This document shows positions 11,083-26,000 of a DNA stretch of 64,000 nt, in pieces; position 1 is the first letter of the stretch, and each line of letters starts with the position of its first letter. The translations under genes were made by a program, and so were the position numbers. Origin of the DNA: Monocercomonoides exilis PA203 (taxonomy: Eukaryota > Protista > Preaxostyla); contig LSRY02000002.1 of the NCBI GenBank assembly GCA_001643675.2, positions 124,001 through 188,000 of the forward strand. The letters are read 5' to 3'. Below the pieces are notes generated by a model that saw only the letters and a list, made by a program, of their open reading frames with translations, ran no database searches and was not told where the DNA came from.

Positions 11083-14000
11083 TCAAACAGGATGTTGGGC
11101 CAGAGGCAAGCAAACAAGCAAATGCATTTTGTCAGAAACAAAAAATAAAAAAATAAACTGCTTCTCTTTTCTTTCCTTCATCCAAGGCGTCTGCTGGCCT
11201 GTCAGGAAGCGCCCCCGAACGAGTTCCACCGCGCCCAGAAGGCGTCTCCAGACTCCACATCCACCATCCGCACTGCCTCCCGGAACTCCCCCCACCGACA
11301 CCGCCGCCACCCCCTGCTTGATCCCCAGCAGCTGCCCCCGCACTGCATCCACCGCCTCCCCGCGCCGCTCTCCCCGCACCCGCCACGCCGCCTCCTTCCC
11401 CTCCGGAAACAGCACCACCAGCAGCCCTAGCGCTGCCCGGAACAGGAACGACGGGTCTCCCCACCGCACCTCCTCCACCACCGCCGACGCAATCTCCACG
11501 CTGAACCGCTTCGCAAACAGCGAAATAAACCACATCCGCACAAAGTCAAACATCAGCTCCTTCCGCTCATACAGCTCCCCAAAGAACCGCAGCGCTGGCT
11601 GCTCACACAGCACAATCACCATCCCCACCACAAAAAAAGAAAGGAAAACAAAAATCAAAATTAAAATTAAAAAAAAAGAGAAAACAAAAGCAGCACACCA
11701 ATTTCGACTTCTTCAGCAGGTAATGCAAGAACCCGTTCATCTGCTGCATAAACGCAGGCGTCAGGCGATACAGCTGAGTGAAGAATGGAGACAGCACAAT
11801 GTTTGTGAACAGTTCATATGCACCAAATTTGTCTCCGAAAAGCGTAACAAGCGCAGCTGGATATGACATACCCTGCAAAAATCCTATTTCTGGGCAACGA
11901 ACAACAAACCTCATTAGCAGCTCTCGAACGTCATCCTTTGAAAAGTCAACTGTATGTCCTCCATCTGCACTTGACACCAAAGTTGTCCGTTTCACATCCA
12001 GCTCAATAGTACGGAATGGCAGTCGAAACATTGAAAGCTCATCGTCACCAATCAATCTTTCATGAAATTTTCTTTCCCCATAATATCTAATATTCTCAGA
12101 TTTTCTCTCCTGCTCAATTCCTTTTTCGCACGATAATCCCATCATGCGCACAGAAGGAAATGCTTTCACAAACGGTTGTAATGGAAGTTCTGCTCTTGTT
12201 ATGTCAAAATCTGGCAGTTGGTTTGCTTTACCGCTTGAATGCATGGAAACTGACAGAATTTCATCATTCCAAGCTTCCCTTGATCCACAAAAATTGTCAT
12301 GAGGTGTTTTCAGTGCAGTTGAAATGGGAGTCAATGCTTTCGCTTCATCTGAATCGCTTTCGTTCAACCATCCAAAAAGTGGAAGCGCTTGACTTTCACT
12401 TTCATTGGTCATATTTAAATTCAATGACTTTGAGTTGAGCGTATCTGTACTTTTGTTCTCTTCAGAGATCTTATCAAGAGATGCTGATGATTGAGTCGAG
12501 TGCTGAAAGTGTCCTTGAATTTTTTCCTCGGATTTAATTTGTCCTTGCGATGTTTGAGCTTCTGCTTCCAATCTTGTTGAATCTTCAAATTCTTCTCGTG
12601 CAAGTATTGATCGGATTTCCCTTGCTTTAGCAAAATCTTCTTCATAATCCTGCCATGTAATTAACATATTCCTTGTCATCTGACGCACCCATCCTGCGAA
12701 TCTCAGCTGAGTCGCAACAAATTTATTCTCTGCAAGCTGTCCTGATGCCCTTCCCTTCCCTCTAAATTGTTTCTCAACATACATATAAGGAATGCTCATT
12801 TCTTCCTCATTCAATAATTCGCATTCTCCGAAGAATTCTTCAGAAGAGCTCTCTCCTCCTCGAGTCGGTGAGATGGAGTGAAGTATTGTCGATGAAGACG
12901 AATTTGAAGGAGAAGAAAGAGTAGCAAATATCGCAGAAGATAAAGATAGATGAACGGGAGAAGCAGAGGCTGAAGCTGATGCTGGATGCATGCTCGATTT
13001 TACTTGTTTGGTGGCTTGAGGCAAAAATGAATTAAATCCAAATGAAAATGAATTGTTTTGTTTGGAATTCGACCCATTACCAGTTTTTTGTGTGAAGGCA
13101 CTTGATGTTTTATTGCAAGTATTGAAAAAAGGAATTATCGAATTAAGCGAATCTGTTTCTGTTTGAGAAGGAGGAGCATCAATCAAATGCGAAGGACTGA
13201 AATATGTGAAAGAGGGTGCTGAAAGAAGGATGGGTGATGTTTTGGCTGAATCTGAGAGGATGAATGGTAGATAAGAAGGGGATTCTCTCAAAGAATCATG
13301 TAAAATTGAGCGGATATCAAACGGAAGGCAAAAATGTGGATAAACACTCAACTGAATCTGAAGAAAATGTGAAAAAACTGGCCAAGTCAAATTCGGAGCC
13401 ACTTTCAACGATCGAATCAATATCCGAGTTGCATTAATGATTGATATTGGTGTTGAAGCATTTGATGGGATATTAACAAGTGGCGGAGTTTGTGTAAAAT
13501 CCGATACTGAGCGAAAAGCAAATGGAGAAGAAATAATATCCTCAATCAGCAATAGTAGTGCTTTGACCATCGAGTAATTCGAGCCATATTGGATCAAAAG
13601 TGACACAAGTCCATTTAAAATCGAAAGTTGGTCAAACATTTGATCCTCAACGGACGAACATGAAATTTTGCCTTTGTTTGATGATATCGTCAGATAGTGA
13701 ATCAAATCAAATGGATGAAGAAGATGAAGAGAAAGCGCAACATCTTCTTGAGTTTCTTCTGTAAAATATCTGAAAAAGAACGATAAAATAACTGTCAACA
13801 AAAAATGAGCGTTTGTGATTGAAGAAAGCGCACAAAGAACAGAAACAGCAGATGATACAACAGATGTCACTTGGCAGCCTAAAAAAGGTAATATAGTTGA
13901 CAGAAATTTTGCTAAGAGATTTGGTGATGGTAGTTCCAGAACAGAAAAATATTCCGATTTTAAGTAGTTGATTCCCTGAGGATTGTTGCAATTTTGTATA

Positions 14001-17000
14001 GCAAGTGCTTTTTGTTCATTGTGCAACTGGATTAACGCAACAATTCGCTCTGCAATCGAAGAAACAGAACTTTTCCGTCTAAATGAAGTAGGTTTTTCGA
14101 AAGAATTTCCCCCTTTTTTGATGCCAAGAATAAAGAGAAAGCTGTCAGAATTGATAACCCCGCACATCAGGATGAAAGCTGTTTCGATTGTCACACTTAG
14201 CAAAGACTGCCATTGCTCAAGTATCATTTGCGTGCATTCTTCTTTCGCAAATCCTTTGATATTTTCGCTATCTGAAGCTGATGAATTTGATGGTATTTTT
14301 TCGGAACTGTTATGAATCGATGAACTTAGTCGCTTGAATTCAGAAAGATGTGGATCAAAAGTCGGATATTCGCTCATAATCGAGAGCAGACGGAGCAAGG
14401 CATCTGCGCAGTTTCTGCTATGCAAAGTTAAAGAGCTTGATGTAATGCTATCTTCAAAGACATCTTCCCTAAATGGAATGAAATTGTGATTTTCCTGGTG
14501 AGATGAACTAACAAGGCAGCAATATGGAATCATCTTCACATATTCGCCAGCCATTAGCAGTGTGTGTTCTTCGAGGCAACAGCGAAGGGAAGCAAAGCAA
14601 TCAGAAAGCGTAAAAAAGCAATCAGAGCAAAATGGACTCTGATTGGAAAGAACAGAAAGCAAAGATAGAGATCGAAGGCAACGAACAGACGCAAACTGAA
14701 TAGCTGGAGAATCAATTCTTTGAAAGTCGAGAAAAAGGTTGCTCTGGTTTGCCAATATAGATTCATTTGTTGAGACGCTTAATGTGTCCTGCTCTTCTTC
14801 TTTTGTGGACTTGCTCAAACATTCAGAACAATCGTGCACAGTACTTATAACCTCTTTGGTTTTACCATCCCTCATATCCTTCACTGTTCCCGTTACAATA
14901 TATAAGCACGCTTTCATTGCTTCGATAGCTATTTCCTCTGCTGTATTGATGATCGCGGGTGAAGTACATGGAGAATGTTCGCATTTAATCCACTTGCATT
15001 GCATTTCTGAACTGAGATCATCAATGACTTCCACTTTTCTGCTTTGATAACTTTGAATCGAATTTAAAAATTCTGAATGATGAAAAGAAGAAGCAGAAAA
15101 GCTTACAACCGGACTTGAAAGAAGAGGGAAGGTTGAAGATTCAATAAAAGCGGATAATCTGCGGAAAATGTTTGGAGAAGAAGAATTCAAAACTTTCATC
15201 GAAAAAGGCGAAGATGAACGCTTTGGAGACATGGAAGAAGGAAGAGGAGATCCACAAAACGACGAAGGAATAGGTGAAAAAGAGCGAAAAGAAGAAGGAG
15301 ACATTGAGGTTACTGGAGAATCTGCCGAATAATCGAAGAAAGAAGGAAGATGATTAATATGTGATGTAGATTTTTGAATGTAGGATATTTTCTGAGAGAG
15401 AGACGGCTTGAGTTGTGCATCTGAATTGTTGGAAATGCTTGCTTCTTTGCATCTGTTCAAAAACGAATGGTGGAAATAAGGGCGTTTTAGTCCATCAAAT
15501 TCCAGCTGAGATGGCTTTATGCAAAATTGATAGCAATCTGATGATTCATTATTCACAAAATACTGTTCGAATTCTTCATTTTCCAGTAAACAACGAGAGC
15601 ATCCTCTACACAGATTGTTGATGTTTGCATTTTCAACATCTTTAAGGTGATGTTCCTTGTTCAGACCAGAAATATATAAATAATCATTGGCAGCGCATTT
15701 TTTCAGCTTATTCCGAATTGCCTCCGCTTGAGACACACGCTTCAAATCTGAGTCACTCAGCCCCAAAATTCCAGTGAGATTTGTATACTCATTGACAGAA
15801 GAAGATGCTGTCTTTGGTGTCTTCAGCTGTTCGCAACGGATTATTGGAGACTTTTCCGGAAGTGGCGTCGATGGCGATGAATGAGCCGACTGGATGTGTG
15901 TGGTTGGGCTTGCTGAATGTGCTGCCCTCGACAGAAAAGAAGTGCTTGAAAATGGCGACAGCGGAGGAGAGGCTGACGAAGCTGGTGCTGGAGAGGTCAT
16001 CTTGGACGGAGAAAGAGGACGTACTGATGGAGAGGAAAGGGGAGTAATGACTGGAGATGGAGACGAATGCAAGGAACCAGAAGAAAGAGAGCTTTGCTGC
16101 GAGGGAGTGCTTGAAATTGGAGAAGACACATGGTACGTTCCCAAATGTGGGGTGTGTGTTTGACTTGATGTCGAAGGCGATGAATGCAGCGAATGTTCGC
16201 TCTGATAGAAAGACATTTGCTGAGCTGTCAGATGGAGAGGTACCAAAGAACTGTGCTCGAATGGGGAAGAGCATTGCCTTTGAACAAAAGACAGAATGTC
16301 ACTCAGAACATTTTCTGTTTGGCTGTTGAGAACACCTGTCTGGCCAAGCAATCTGAGGTACTGTCTTATCAGTCGACTAATTGCAACATTCAACTGAGAG
16401 CTGCTTAAAGATGTGAACTGGCGCAATTGTTCTGAAGAAGCATCGTTTATTTCATCTGAAAGTTGAATCAGCGCAGCTATGGATGCGCAAAGATGACTGG
16501 AGTATTGCTCAACTAGGAAATCGCAGTGAAACGCCTTTAAAACAGAAAGAGCAGAAGATGCAAGCTGTTCGGGTGAGTTTGTGTCTGAAAGCGCAGAAAG
16601 AGCAATAAAGACAACACATGAAGCCAAATGTTGAGCATCCTCTGCTGTTGGCAACACATTTTGTTCTTCAAATAAATTATCATTTGAATGTGCTGAGAAC
16701 AAAGAATTGCTCGCTTGTTCGTGTGGCAGTTGATCGTCATTAGAAGATATTGAAACAGTAGAAACTGAATGAATGGAATCAGAGCTTGCTTGGACTGAAT
16801 CAGAAGATGATGAAGAAGCAGAATACGACTCTGATTTTCCGAGATGATTTTTTGTTGCTTGTGCAGAGTTTGTATCTGATTGAGTCGTTTGCTGGACAGA
16901 AATAGGCATAAACAGATAAGAAGGATTTGGCGTTGAATGAATCAGAGAACGAACTCTCGAAAAGCGAAGCCGAGAAGAAAAGGCAGATTTGAGTTGTGAA

Positions 17001-20000
17001 TGTCCACAAGATGCAATGCACCTGCAAATTAAGTTGTGTGAGAGCAAGAATGCAACCGGGAAAAAAATGGAGTCGTGTGCTTCAGACAGTTCATCAGCAC
17101 GCAATTTAGTAGTCGTTGTGCAGATGTGTTTCTGGATGGAAGGAATATGAATGGAGAATGCAGGATTGTTGAAGAGCAAGGATGTCAATGCGATTAAGGC
17201 CTCATTGGCAGTTTTGTGGCAGATAACAACAGTTGGAACAAAATGATGAAAATGAGCATGCGCTGTATTGTTTGTTGCAGTTGCAGATGATGTTTGGAAT
17301 GAAGATTGAGATTGTGTTTGTTGAAACAAAAGATCGCTTTTTGAAAGAATAAGCGGTAATGTTAATTCCTCAGAAAATTTAGTATTTGTAGATTGAGTTT
17401 GTTGCTGAGCGTCAACTGGAAGAGGTTGTGAAGGAGAATGAGTAATGGTGGAAAGTGCAAGATTAAAAGGCCCTGCTTTAGCTGTCCATTGGTCTGCTGA
17501 GTCTGGAAGAGGAGGTGTTGCAAGAGAAAAGAGAAGTGTGACAAGAGGTGCAATGAACTGTGACTGGATAAACGGAGAAAGAAGTGTCACCGCTCTGCAA
17601 GCTCTCCACATCAAAAGATGATTTCCAGAAAGAAGAATCTTCAGACACAAAGTTATGAAACTTGTAAGAAATAGAGAAGATCGCTCTGAGCTTTGAATGC
17701 TTTGTTTGACTTCATTGCACTTATTCTCTTTCGGACTTTGTTGCTGTTCAAACGGAGTCGAATTCAAAAGAGATTCAAATGGTGGCTTTCCAAATGGTTC
17801 ATCCAGCTCGCGGAAAACAAAAGATGCAAGTGATTGTTTGTTTGTCCCGTTCGTCAACGGAATTAGCACAGAAGACGAAAGGAAAGGGAACTCGTCAGGA
17901 AGATCAGCTAAGTTGGAGGGAGGTGGTGCTGTGGGTGGTGCTGTGGGTGGTGTAGTGTCACTCAAAATGTGGTCGAGGACTATCTTTGTAAGCGAAGTGA
18001 AGGCGATAACCTGCGACGAAATTTGGCAGAAGGCATCAGAATTGTGTGGAGGCATTTCCAACGGAAATGGAGTAGATTTGCCTTCGAAGGGAACTTTTAG
18101 TGCGATTCTCTCAAAAAATGAAGTGCACTCAAAAGAAGAGGCCATATCTTCACAGAAAAAAAATAAGGCCGAAGAAGAATCTGGTTGAGACTGTGATTTG
18201 TTAGGAAGTTGAAGCGAATCATCAGAAAGTGGGATAGATTGTTCAGAAGAAAAAACAGATAATTTGAAGTGTGTGATGCGATGGAGTGAATTTGGCAGTT
18301 GTGAAGCAGTGTTGTTTGAAACGGGCTGATACGAGCTTATTTCATTTTCCGAAGAATGCAAGAACTTTGAAGTCTCTTTTCCAATAACATTTTGTTTCGC
18401 AGCTGGTGCGTGGAATTGGGGGTTTTCAGTTGGATTTTCGTTTTGTGCCTTTTCCTTTACTTTTCTCCTTAGAAATCTGCTCTTTTCGTTCTTGTCTTTT
18501 TTTGGCATGGATGTGCGAGTGCTGGATGTGATGTACAAGCAATCGCTTGTCCCAAAACTTTGAGAAGAAAAGGCCCCAACAGCAGAGGAATCGCCAATCG
18601 GAAGAGAAGACACGCGATCTTTTTCCAGCGGCTGAAAAAGAACCACTCGAGAAAGCGAGCGGAAGAGCTCTGTTTTGATTGAGATATGCTCCTTTCCACA
18701 AAGTGAGGCGAGCAAAGAGAGAGAAAAAGGAGAAGGTTTCGAAGGTAGTAAAGTGCGAAGAAGCGAATCTGTTTGCTGAGAAATTGCGGGCAAAGAAATA
18801 AGCCTGCTGAAAACAGAAGATGCGACTGTTGAGAGCAAAGGATGATGGCCAATTAGAAGAATCAGAAATATGACCAACAGCGGAGAAGAAGACGAAAGTT
18901 CAATCAGCGATGAAAAGAAAGTGATTATGACAGGAAAATGCTCGTTGCTGTTCCACTTGTCTCTTATGGATGCTATTTTTGAGTCGAACAATGCGATGGG
19001 AGAGAAATCTGGCGAAGACATGCTAAAAACTGGTGTCACACCAAAATTCCCTTCTCCAAAAGTTTCTGTTTTCTGCCTTGCTGATGGCGACGAAGGATGA
19101 GAAGAATGAGGCTCCTTGTCGTTCTTTCCAAATGTTGAAAACGAATGTTCCTGGCTTTGTCTCATGGTCTGCATTCGAAGTGCCTGCGATTTATCAGAAG
19201 TCTGTTGCGCTGCTCTTTGAGATGACTTGGTATTTTTTGAGGCATCTGCTTCACTCAGAAAGCGAGCATAGTGCCCAAACAGCAAAAGCTGCTCGCTCAC
19301 ATCTAGTTTGTCTGTCCGAAATTCTTCGTCGTCTTCATCGAACGATGAAGGATCCTCTTTGGGCTTCTCTTTTGAGCTGCTTTTGGCAGATCTGATCCAA
19401 TTCATCAGCGAGCTCGACTTCTTTTCGTGCTGTGCAGATTTGTTTGATTCGCTCGACGAAAAAACGCAATCAAAAGTTGTTGACTGAGCAAAAGGATACA
19501 TCTGTGCTAAGTCCAACGCTGTTGGTGTTAATAATTCTTGATTGAAAAAGTCTGGCTCAAAATATCTTTGTGTTAGTGAGCTTGGAACAGATGAATTTGC
19601 CTCTGGAACTTTGTTGTGTTTCGAAGAAGTTGAGCGTCGCTTTTTCTTCTCATTTAAATATTCGCAGTAACTTTTCATCTTCATTTTCAGTGAATGTATC
19701 TGGCTGATCCGATTGAGATGCTCGTTTTGCAGTTCTTTCAGCAGAACATCCAACGCTGCCTTCATCACAGAGGCGCTCCAGCGAGGCAGGATGTTGTCAA
19801 TCACACTGTTTTCGCTCCATTCTGTCAGCCGTCTGAAATCGCTCAAAACAGCTCGACGCAAATCAGATATTGGATGGAGCATTGTTTCAATTATCCCAAA
19901 TTTGTTGATTCTGTTCTGAATGCGCTCAGCCAGCTCTTCAAATGGATTGCGAGCAACCTGCCTGGCAGATGCGATGTCCAAACACAAAGAGAACAAAGAC

Positions 20001-23000
20001 GATGGAGAATGTGTTGATAGTGCATTGCTTTGTTGAGCCTGGATTGGTTGTTTTGCTAAGTTTCCTGAAGAAGAGTAATTTTTCCTGCGATTTTCATTGT
20101 TGTGCAAATTTTGCTCACGAGTCTGCAGCTTGGACAAAGATTGGGATTCAGATATCGTCGAATTCGGCTGATTTTGTGAAAAAACTGTTGGAAGAATAGT
20201 TTCTGTGTGGATAGATCGTTTGATAAACATTGTAGTGAATCTGACAATAGAGTCAGAAGGCAGCAGATAAAGAGAGTGAATAAGAGAAGGAGAAACGAAT
20301 GGATTGCACCACTGATTGAATGACTTGAAATAAGAAGTGAAAAGAAAAGCATGATTGAAAGCAGAAAGGAGCTGCGATTTCTGTTGGGACAAGTCAGGTT
20401 TGTTGAAGTTTAGTGAATGCAGCTGATTCGATGCATCAGAAGAAGACACTGCAGAAGACTGATTTTTGGAAGAGCGAGTGGTTTTTGCTATGAATTGGAG
20501 AGCGTGCCTGTAGAACTGTCTGGCTTCATAAATTGCATTGAAAAATTCTTGAAAGGCAAAATGAGCAAAGCGATATAAGATCGGAGGATGGAGTGTTTGA
20601 TAAAGAAGATCAAAGAAAGACGGTACATGCAACTCCTGGTCAGACGAAGATGAATCCAAAAACGAATGTTCAGCAAAATTCTGAGGAGCATCCTGGAGTG
20701 ATGGCTCGTGTGTTGAGGAATGAGACGAGGCTGATTCGTTTGAATGGGCAGATGGCACATGAAAACTGCGAGTGAACTGCGGAGTAGCAGAAGAGATTGG
20801 TTCACTCAATTGAAAATCGAGAGAGTGGGGAGATGACTGAAGAGCAGCTGGAGCAAGTGGAGGAAGTATGCACAACTGCTTTGTGAACGTTTCCAGAAAG
20901 GGAACAGGAATGGCGAATGCTTCTTCGTCTGTTGTTTGCGACACCTGTGAGAGCGGAGTGCCCATCGAAAAATGAATAGGATCTTGTTGCATCGGCTCGG
21001 CTTGCTTTGCATCGCAATCTTTCTCGCCTGATATTTGTGTGATTGTGTTCCGAAGTGGGGAAGGTATTGTTTCTTCTGCTCCAATTGAATAATGTTTTGT
21101 TCTTTCAGTAGGCATTCTGATGTTCTGCTCTGAGAAATATGAAGTAGGTGCTGATGACCCACATCTGCACTTCTGTGCCTCTTCATCATCTTCGTGAGAT
21201 GTTTGCACTTCATCTGAAATGTGTGTTGAGGACTCTGAAAAGAATGTTGCTGATTTGCTTGATTGTGTTTGTGGCTGAACGACAGAATCTTCTGTTTCTG
21301 TGTTTCCTTTCTGTGTAGCCGTTCCTTCATCTGATGTGTCGTCAGAATCAATCCCCAAAAGATTTCTCAATGCTTTTTCTTCAGCACTTTCAAGTGTATC
21401 TGGTGACGAAGCAGTCTTCAACATTTGCTGTTTGGAGGATAAAAGCATTTCATTTTGCGATCTTGTTTTCTTCAAATGATGCTTTTTCTTGGTGATTTTT
21501 CTGAAAGACCTTTTCTTCAAGCCATGTTCTAAGCTGTCTCGAACGTTCGCCTCATTTGCGAGGATGTCCAGCAATTCTGAAAAGGTACCTTCTTCGCTGC
21601 TGCAGCTGCTGTCGTTTTCAATGCTTTCTGTTGCCTTCTCTTCGACACACTCGCTGCGATAGAAGACTTCAATCGGAGAAGGAGGATCAGATGCTGCCTC
21701 GAAATAAGTCACAGCTGGCATGTAAAAAGTATCTGAAATTGAGCGAAGTTGATCAAATAGAGCAAAATTGTAATTTTTTGTAATTTCAGTATCTTCCTCT
21801 CTCACACATCCGTACGTGAAATCCTGCTTTTTTTGAGTGTTGCCATCTTTTCCAAATTCCTCACTTTTCTTTTGCTTGTCTTTCATCTCTTGCTCTAATA
21901 TCTTCATATCTTTTTCTATTTCAATTTTTTTATTGTCTTCCTTTTCTTTATCGCATTTGCAGACATTGTCTTTCCCTTCCTTTTCTTTTGTTTGTTCTTT
22001 GATGTTGTCTGCATCGCCGTTTTCAGTCTTTTCAAAATGGTTTTTAACTTCATCTTCGTTTTCAGAATTGACAGTTAATTTCTTTTTCGTTTTGTTCCTA
22101 TTGCTTGTTGAAATGGCCTCTTTTTGTTCGGAGCATGAATACGAAGAAAACTGTTCTTTGTAGTACTTCACTATTGCCAGCTCTCCTGCTTCAGCCTCAG
22201 ATTTGTCTGTAAACGATGCAAATGTCACTGCTGAAACTGGAGGAATCATCAGAGAAATATTCAGCGGAAGATACTTTCTCTTCCACCATTTGCTGTCCAG
22301 CTGTTCCAGTGTTTGTGCTTCTGGTGGAACAAAAGAAAGCAGAGAAGGAGATTTAAAGTGGTTGCTTATCAGCTCTTTTGCAGTCAGCGGTAAAGGAGAA
22401 GACGCTGCCTCAGCCACAAACGAGGAAATAGACGAACTCAGCTCGATTGTTGGCTTCGCCTTTCCTTCATTTGAAAAGCTAAATGTTGATCCAATCGGAG
22501 ATTTCAGTGCTTCTCCGTTGCTTTTTTCAGAATCCAGCTGCTTTGGCAGTGGGATGCCGCTCAAATCGGGTGAATGTGGAGAAGTTTCGCTTGCTGCAAC
22601 AGAAACATCCAGCGACGGAGAGAGCAGAGGCGAATGCATCGGAGTCGAAGGAGATGTTGCTGTCTGGCTGCAGCTGGAATGAGTCCGAGAAAAATCTGTA
22701 GAAGGAAGCACTTCGACTGGAACCCATCTGACAAGGAGAGAAAATGGCGTGTCCATCTGCCCATTCAGCTGGCACCACGCTCTCATCAGATAAAGCGAGG
22801 AGCAGCACTCAGACACAACCATCTCGGCGTCGATGTCGATTCTGTTTGCTTCCATCAGGCGATGCGCCAAGCGGCAGAGAAGCTCTACTTTGGGGTCGTT
22901 TGACAGAATGAGAGCGAAAAAGATGCGGCTGAAGAGCGAAGATGCAAAGGAAGACAAAGAGAAGGCTGAAGAAGGGTGTGGAAGAGCAGACAAAGAAGGC

Positions 23001-26000
23001 ATATCGCTGCTGCCTTCGTCATTGGCATCGATTTCGTTGGATTTGTGTTCTGTGGTTGAAGTGGATGATGAAGTGGCATCTTGAGATGAATGTCGCTCGT
23101 GAAATGAAGATGGCTGAGGTGGAGATGAAGGAAGTTGCGAAGTGTCAGCAATTATTGTGGAAGAAGAAGATGATGATGATGAAGCAGAAGCGGAAGTGGA
23201 AGAATGTTGCATATCATTTGCAGCACTTGTGATTGCATTTCCAGATCCAAAAGAAGGCAAAAGAGAAGAACTCGACTTGGAATGTGTAAAAGCAGCAAGC
23301 ACATGTGATTTTTTAGAATGGGCACATGATTTGTTGAGATGTGATTGAGAAAAAGACGCAAAGGGAATTTTGATGTTTGGAAGAAGAACAGAAAGAGATG
23401 ACATGTCACTCTGAGGAAAGAATATGGTGTGTCCTGCTTTGAAATGAGGAAAGCGGTCAGAAGATGTGTCTGTGGGTGGGAGCGTAGTGAAATGTTGTGA
23501 AGTGAGCTGAGCTGTTGGTGTGATGCCATAGAGACAGGAATGAAGTGCGATAAGGAAAAGAAGACGAGAGCTGAATCGGAGCGGCAAATGGTGCCAGTTC
23601 AGAGGCGGCTTGGAAAGCGCATTGGCAACTTCAAACAGAGCAGCAGACACTAATGAAGAGGAAGGAAGAAGATTGGCAGAAGCAACAGAAGAATCTGGTG
23701 TGTCTGACGAGAACGGTTGAGGCATCACTGAAATGTTTGGCGCAAACGACTCAGACAAAACAGGCAGGCGGAAACGAGAGAAAGATTGGGCAAGCGAACA
23801 CAGAAAAAGAGGATAGCGCGAAAATGAGGAAACAAATGGATCTTTCAGAAGCGTGTCGGTGAGATAAAGAGCTCCTGGATCGCAATCAGAAACATCGCAG
23901 CTGTTTGAATTGCTGTCAAATGACTCGTTTTCCATTTCGCTCATCGCTTTTTCCAAACTCCACCGAAAATCCTTCAGCCCAGCCGCCATTTCGATGCGAG
24001 TGGCAAGCAGAGCCCTGGATTGGCACGATGTAAGTGGGGAAAGCGTAGCAGTTGAATAGAGCGGAACGATCGAATGAGAAAAAAACAGAAAAAGCGAGAC
24101 AGGAAGGATGCCTTGGGCAGGCTGTGAGTTGCTCTCTTCGGTCACACTGGTCTCGTCTGAGGCTGTTTTCTCAGACATTCCCTGTTCTGAAAAGGCCTCA
24201 TTTTCTGTGTGAAGAGAAGGCACAGAACTTTCGTGTTGTGATTGCTCATCTTGAATAGCTTGCTGTTGAATGTGTTTGAGAACACTTTGAGGTCGTTGGA
24301 TGGAAAGAGTGTTCGCAAAGCTTGGCTTATCGAAAATGTGGAAAGGAAGAGGCGACGGGTGGAAATGTGCAAAAGAGGAGTTGTTCTCAAAAGAGCCTGC
24401 TGAATTGCTTTTCTTCTGGTCTGCTTCTTCCTGTGATTTTGTCAGCGTGTGTCGAATTTCATCAATCAGAGTGTCTTCCTCGGCATTCGCCAATTTAGCG
24501 TTTTTGCTCTTCCGAGACTGCGTTTTCGAATAAGCAAAAGAATCAAGATGTTGACTCCAGGATGTATGCCTCCTTCTTCTTTTTCCATCTTTCTTTCGAA
24601 AATGATGCGGGTCAAGTTGAACTTCTTTTTTAGCGCTTGAGACATTCGATGCTGTATTGCCTTTTTGAGAGTCGGAAAAATTGTTGTCAGTCGAATCACC
24701 GTTTTCGCTTGAGACGAAATGAGCAGCTGTTGCTTCTCTCTGTTTCTCAATCCATCTGCCTTCTCCTCTCTCTCCTTTGGTAAACTGTGACGAGCGCAGC
24801 AAAGACGTCATGTCTGAGGAGCGAATGGCAACAATACATCGAGTTTGAAGCAGAAGAAGCGGAGAAGATAAAAAACGGCACATAAAGAGAAGATTTGAAA
24901 GGGATGGAAATGAAGGTGGGGGCAACGAAGAAAACTGAGAATATAACTGCTCTGATATAATTGAATGTTGCAGATGTGCATCGTTTTCTTGAGAAGATTC
25001 TTCATATGAATGTTCTGTCATGTCAGTAGAGTCAACTGTTTGGCTTTCTTCGCTGGACGTTTCAGAAAAAAAGTCATCAAGTGGCTTATCGCCTTCGTCT
25101 TTGGATTGTACGCTTTCATCGTCATTTGAAAAGGATTGTAAACTTGGATAATTGCGAGGTATTGAGCTGAGCAAAGAAAACATTGAAAAGACAGAAGGAC
25201 ATAAATCAATAAACAACAAGCATCGTCCAGCATATAGCTGCGAAAGAAGATATGTTTTCTGTTCTTTAATTGATTGTGTAGATGATCGCTTTGACGGAGA
25301 TGTATCTATTAATTCAGGCAGAGCAGCATTGCTAGATAAAATAAGCTGCTCCAATCCAACCATATTAGAAAGCAAAAGCTTTGCAGAATTATGATTAATT
25401 GATAAATAAATCGGAGTGAGATCCCATCTTTTATCTATATTTTGAGATTTATTGTGATTTTTTGTGAGGTTATACAAGTATTGAGCTGCATTCCAACATA
25501 ATCGTCGAAGTGCCCATGTTTTCCCTGATGATTCGTTTCCGCATACAATTAATCGTTGAGGAAAATTGGGATTTGAAAGTTCTTCATAATTAAAAAAAAT
25601 CTGCTTTCTATGAAAAGATTAAAATTTTAAACTATTAAAAATACCAGTATTCAAACTTTTCAAAGTGTTGCTGATGCTTAATATCATATCTACACGAATT
25701 TGCACTGAATTTTCGTTTGCTCAAGAAATTATGCAACGAAAGAAAAGATGATGGTGATTCGAATTGGGCCTGTTTTAGAGCATCAGTTGCTTGCGTCATT
25801 TCTGGACCTATACATATTGAATCTCCAAAAATAATCGGTGGAATCATTAAACATTTAGTGTTTGATATTTCCGCATGGAATAAACTATCATATTGATGGC
25901 TATATGTCAAAATGCATTTTTTTAGATAAATCAAATGATGTTCTTTGAAATTTTCTTGATTCCATTAGACAGTTTCAATACACAAAGAAAAAATAATACA

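Noticed and set aside
11603-11698. Hydrophobic Cys/Phe C-terminus of the 4624-aa ORF as a TM or prenylation signal
   Set aside because: It is read-through into intron 11599-11698; splicing restores the TBC domain.
7569-11866. Pro/Leu/His-rich plus-strand ORFs
   Set aside because: Antisense to the TBC exons, which carry the recognisable motifs.
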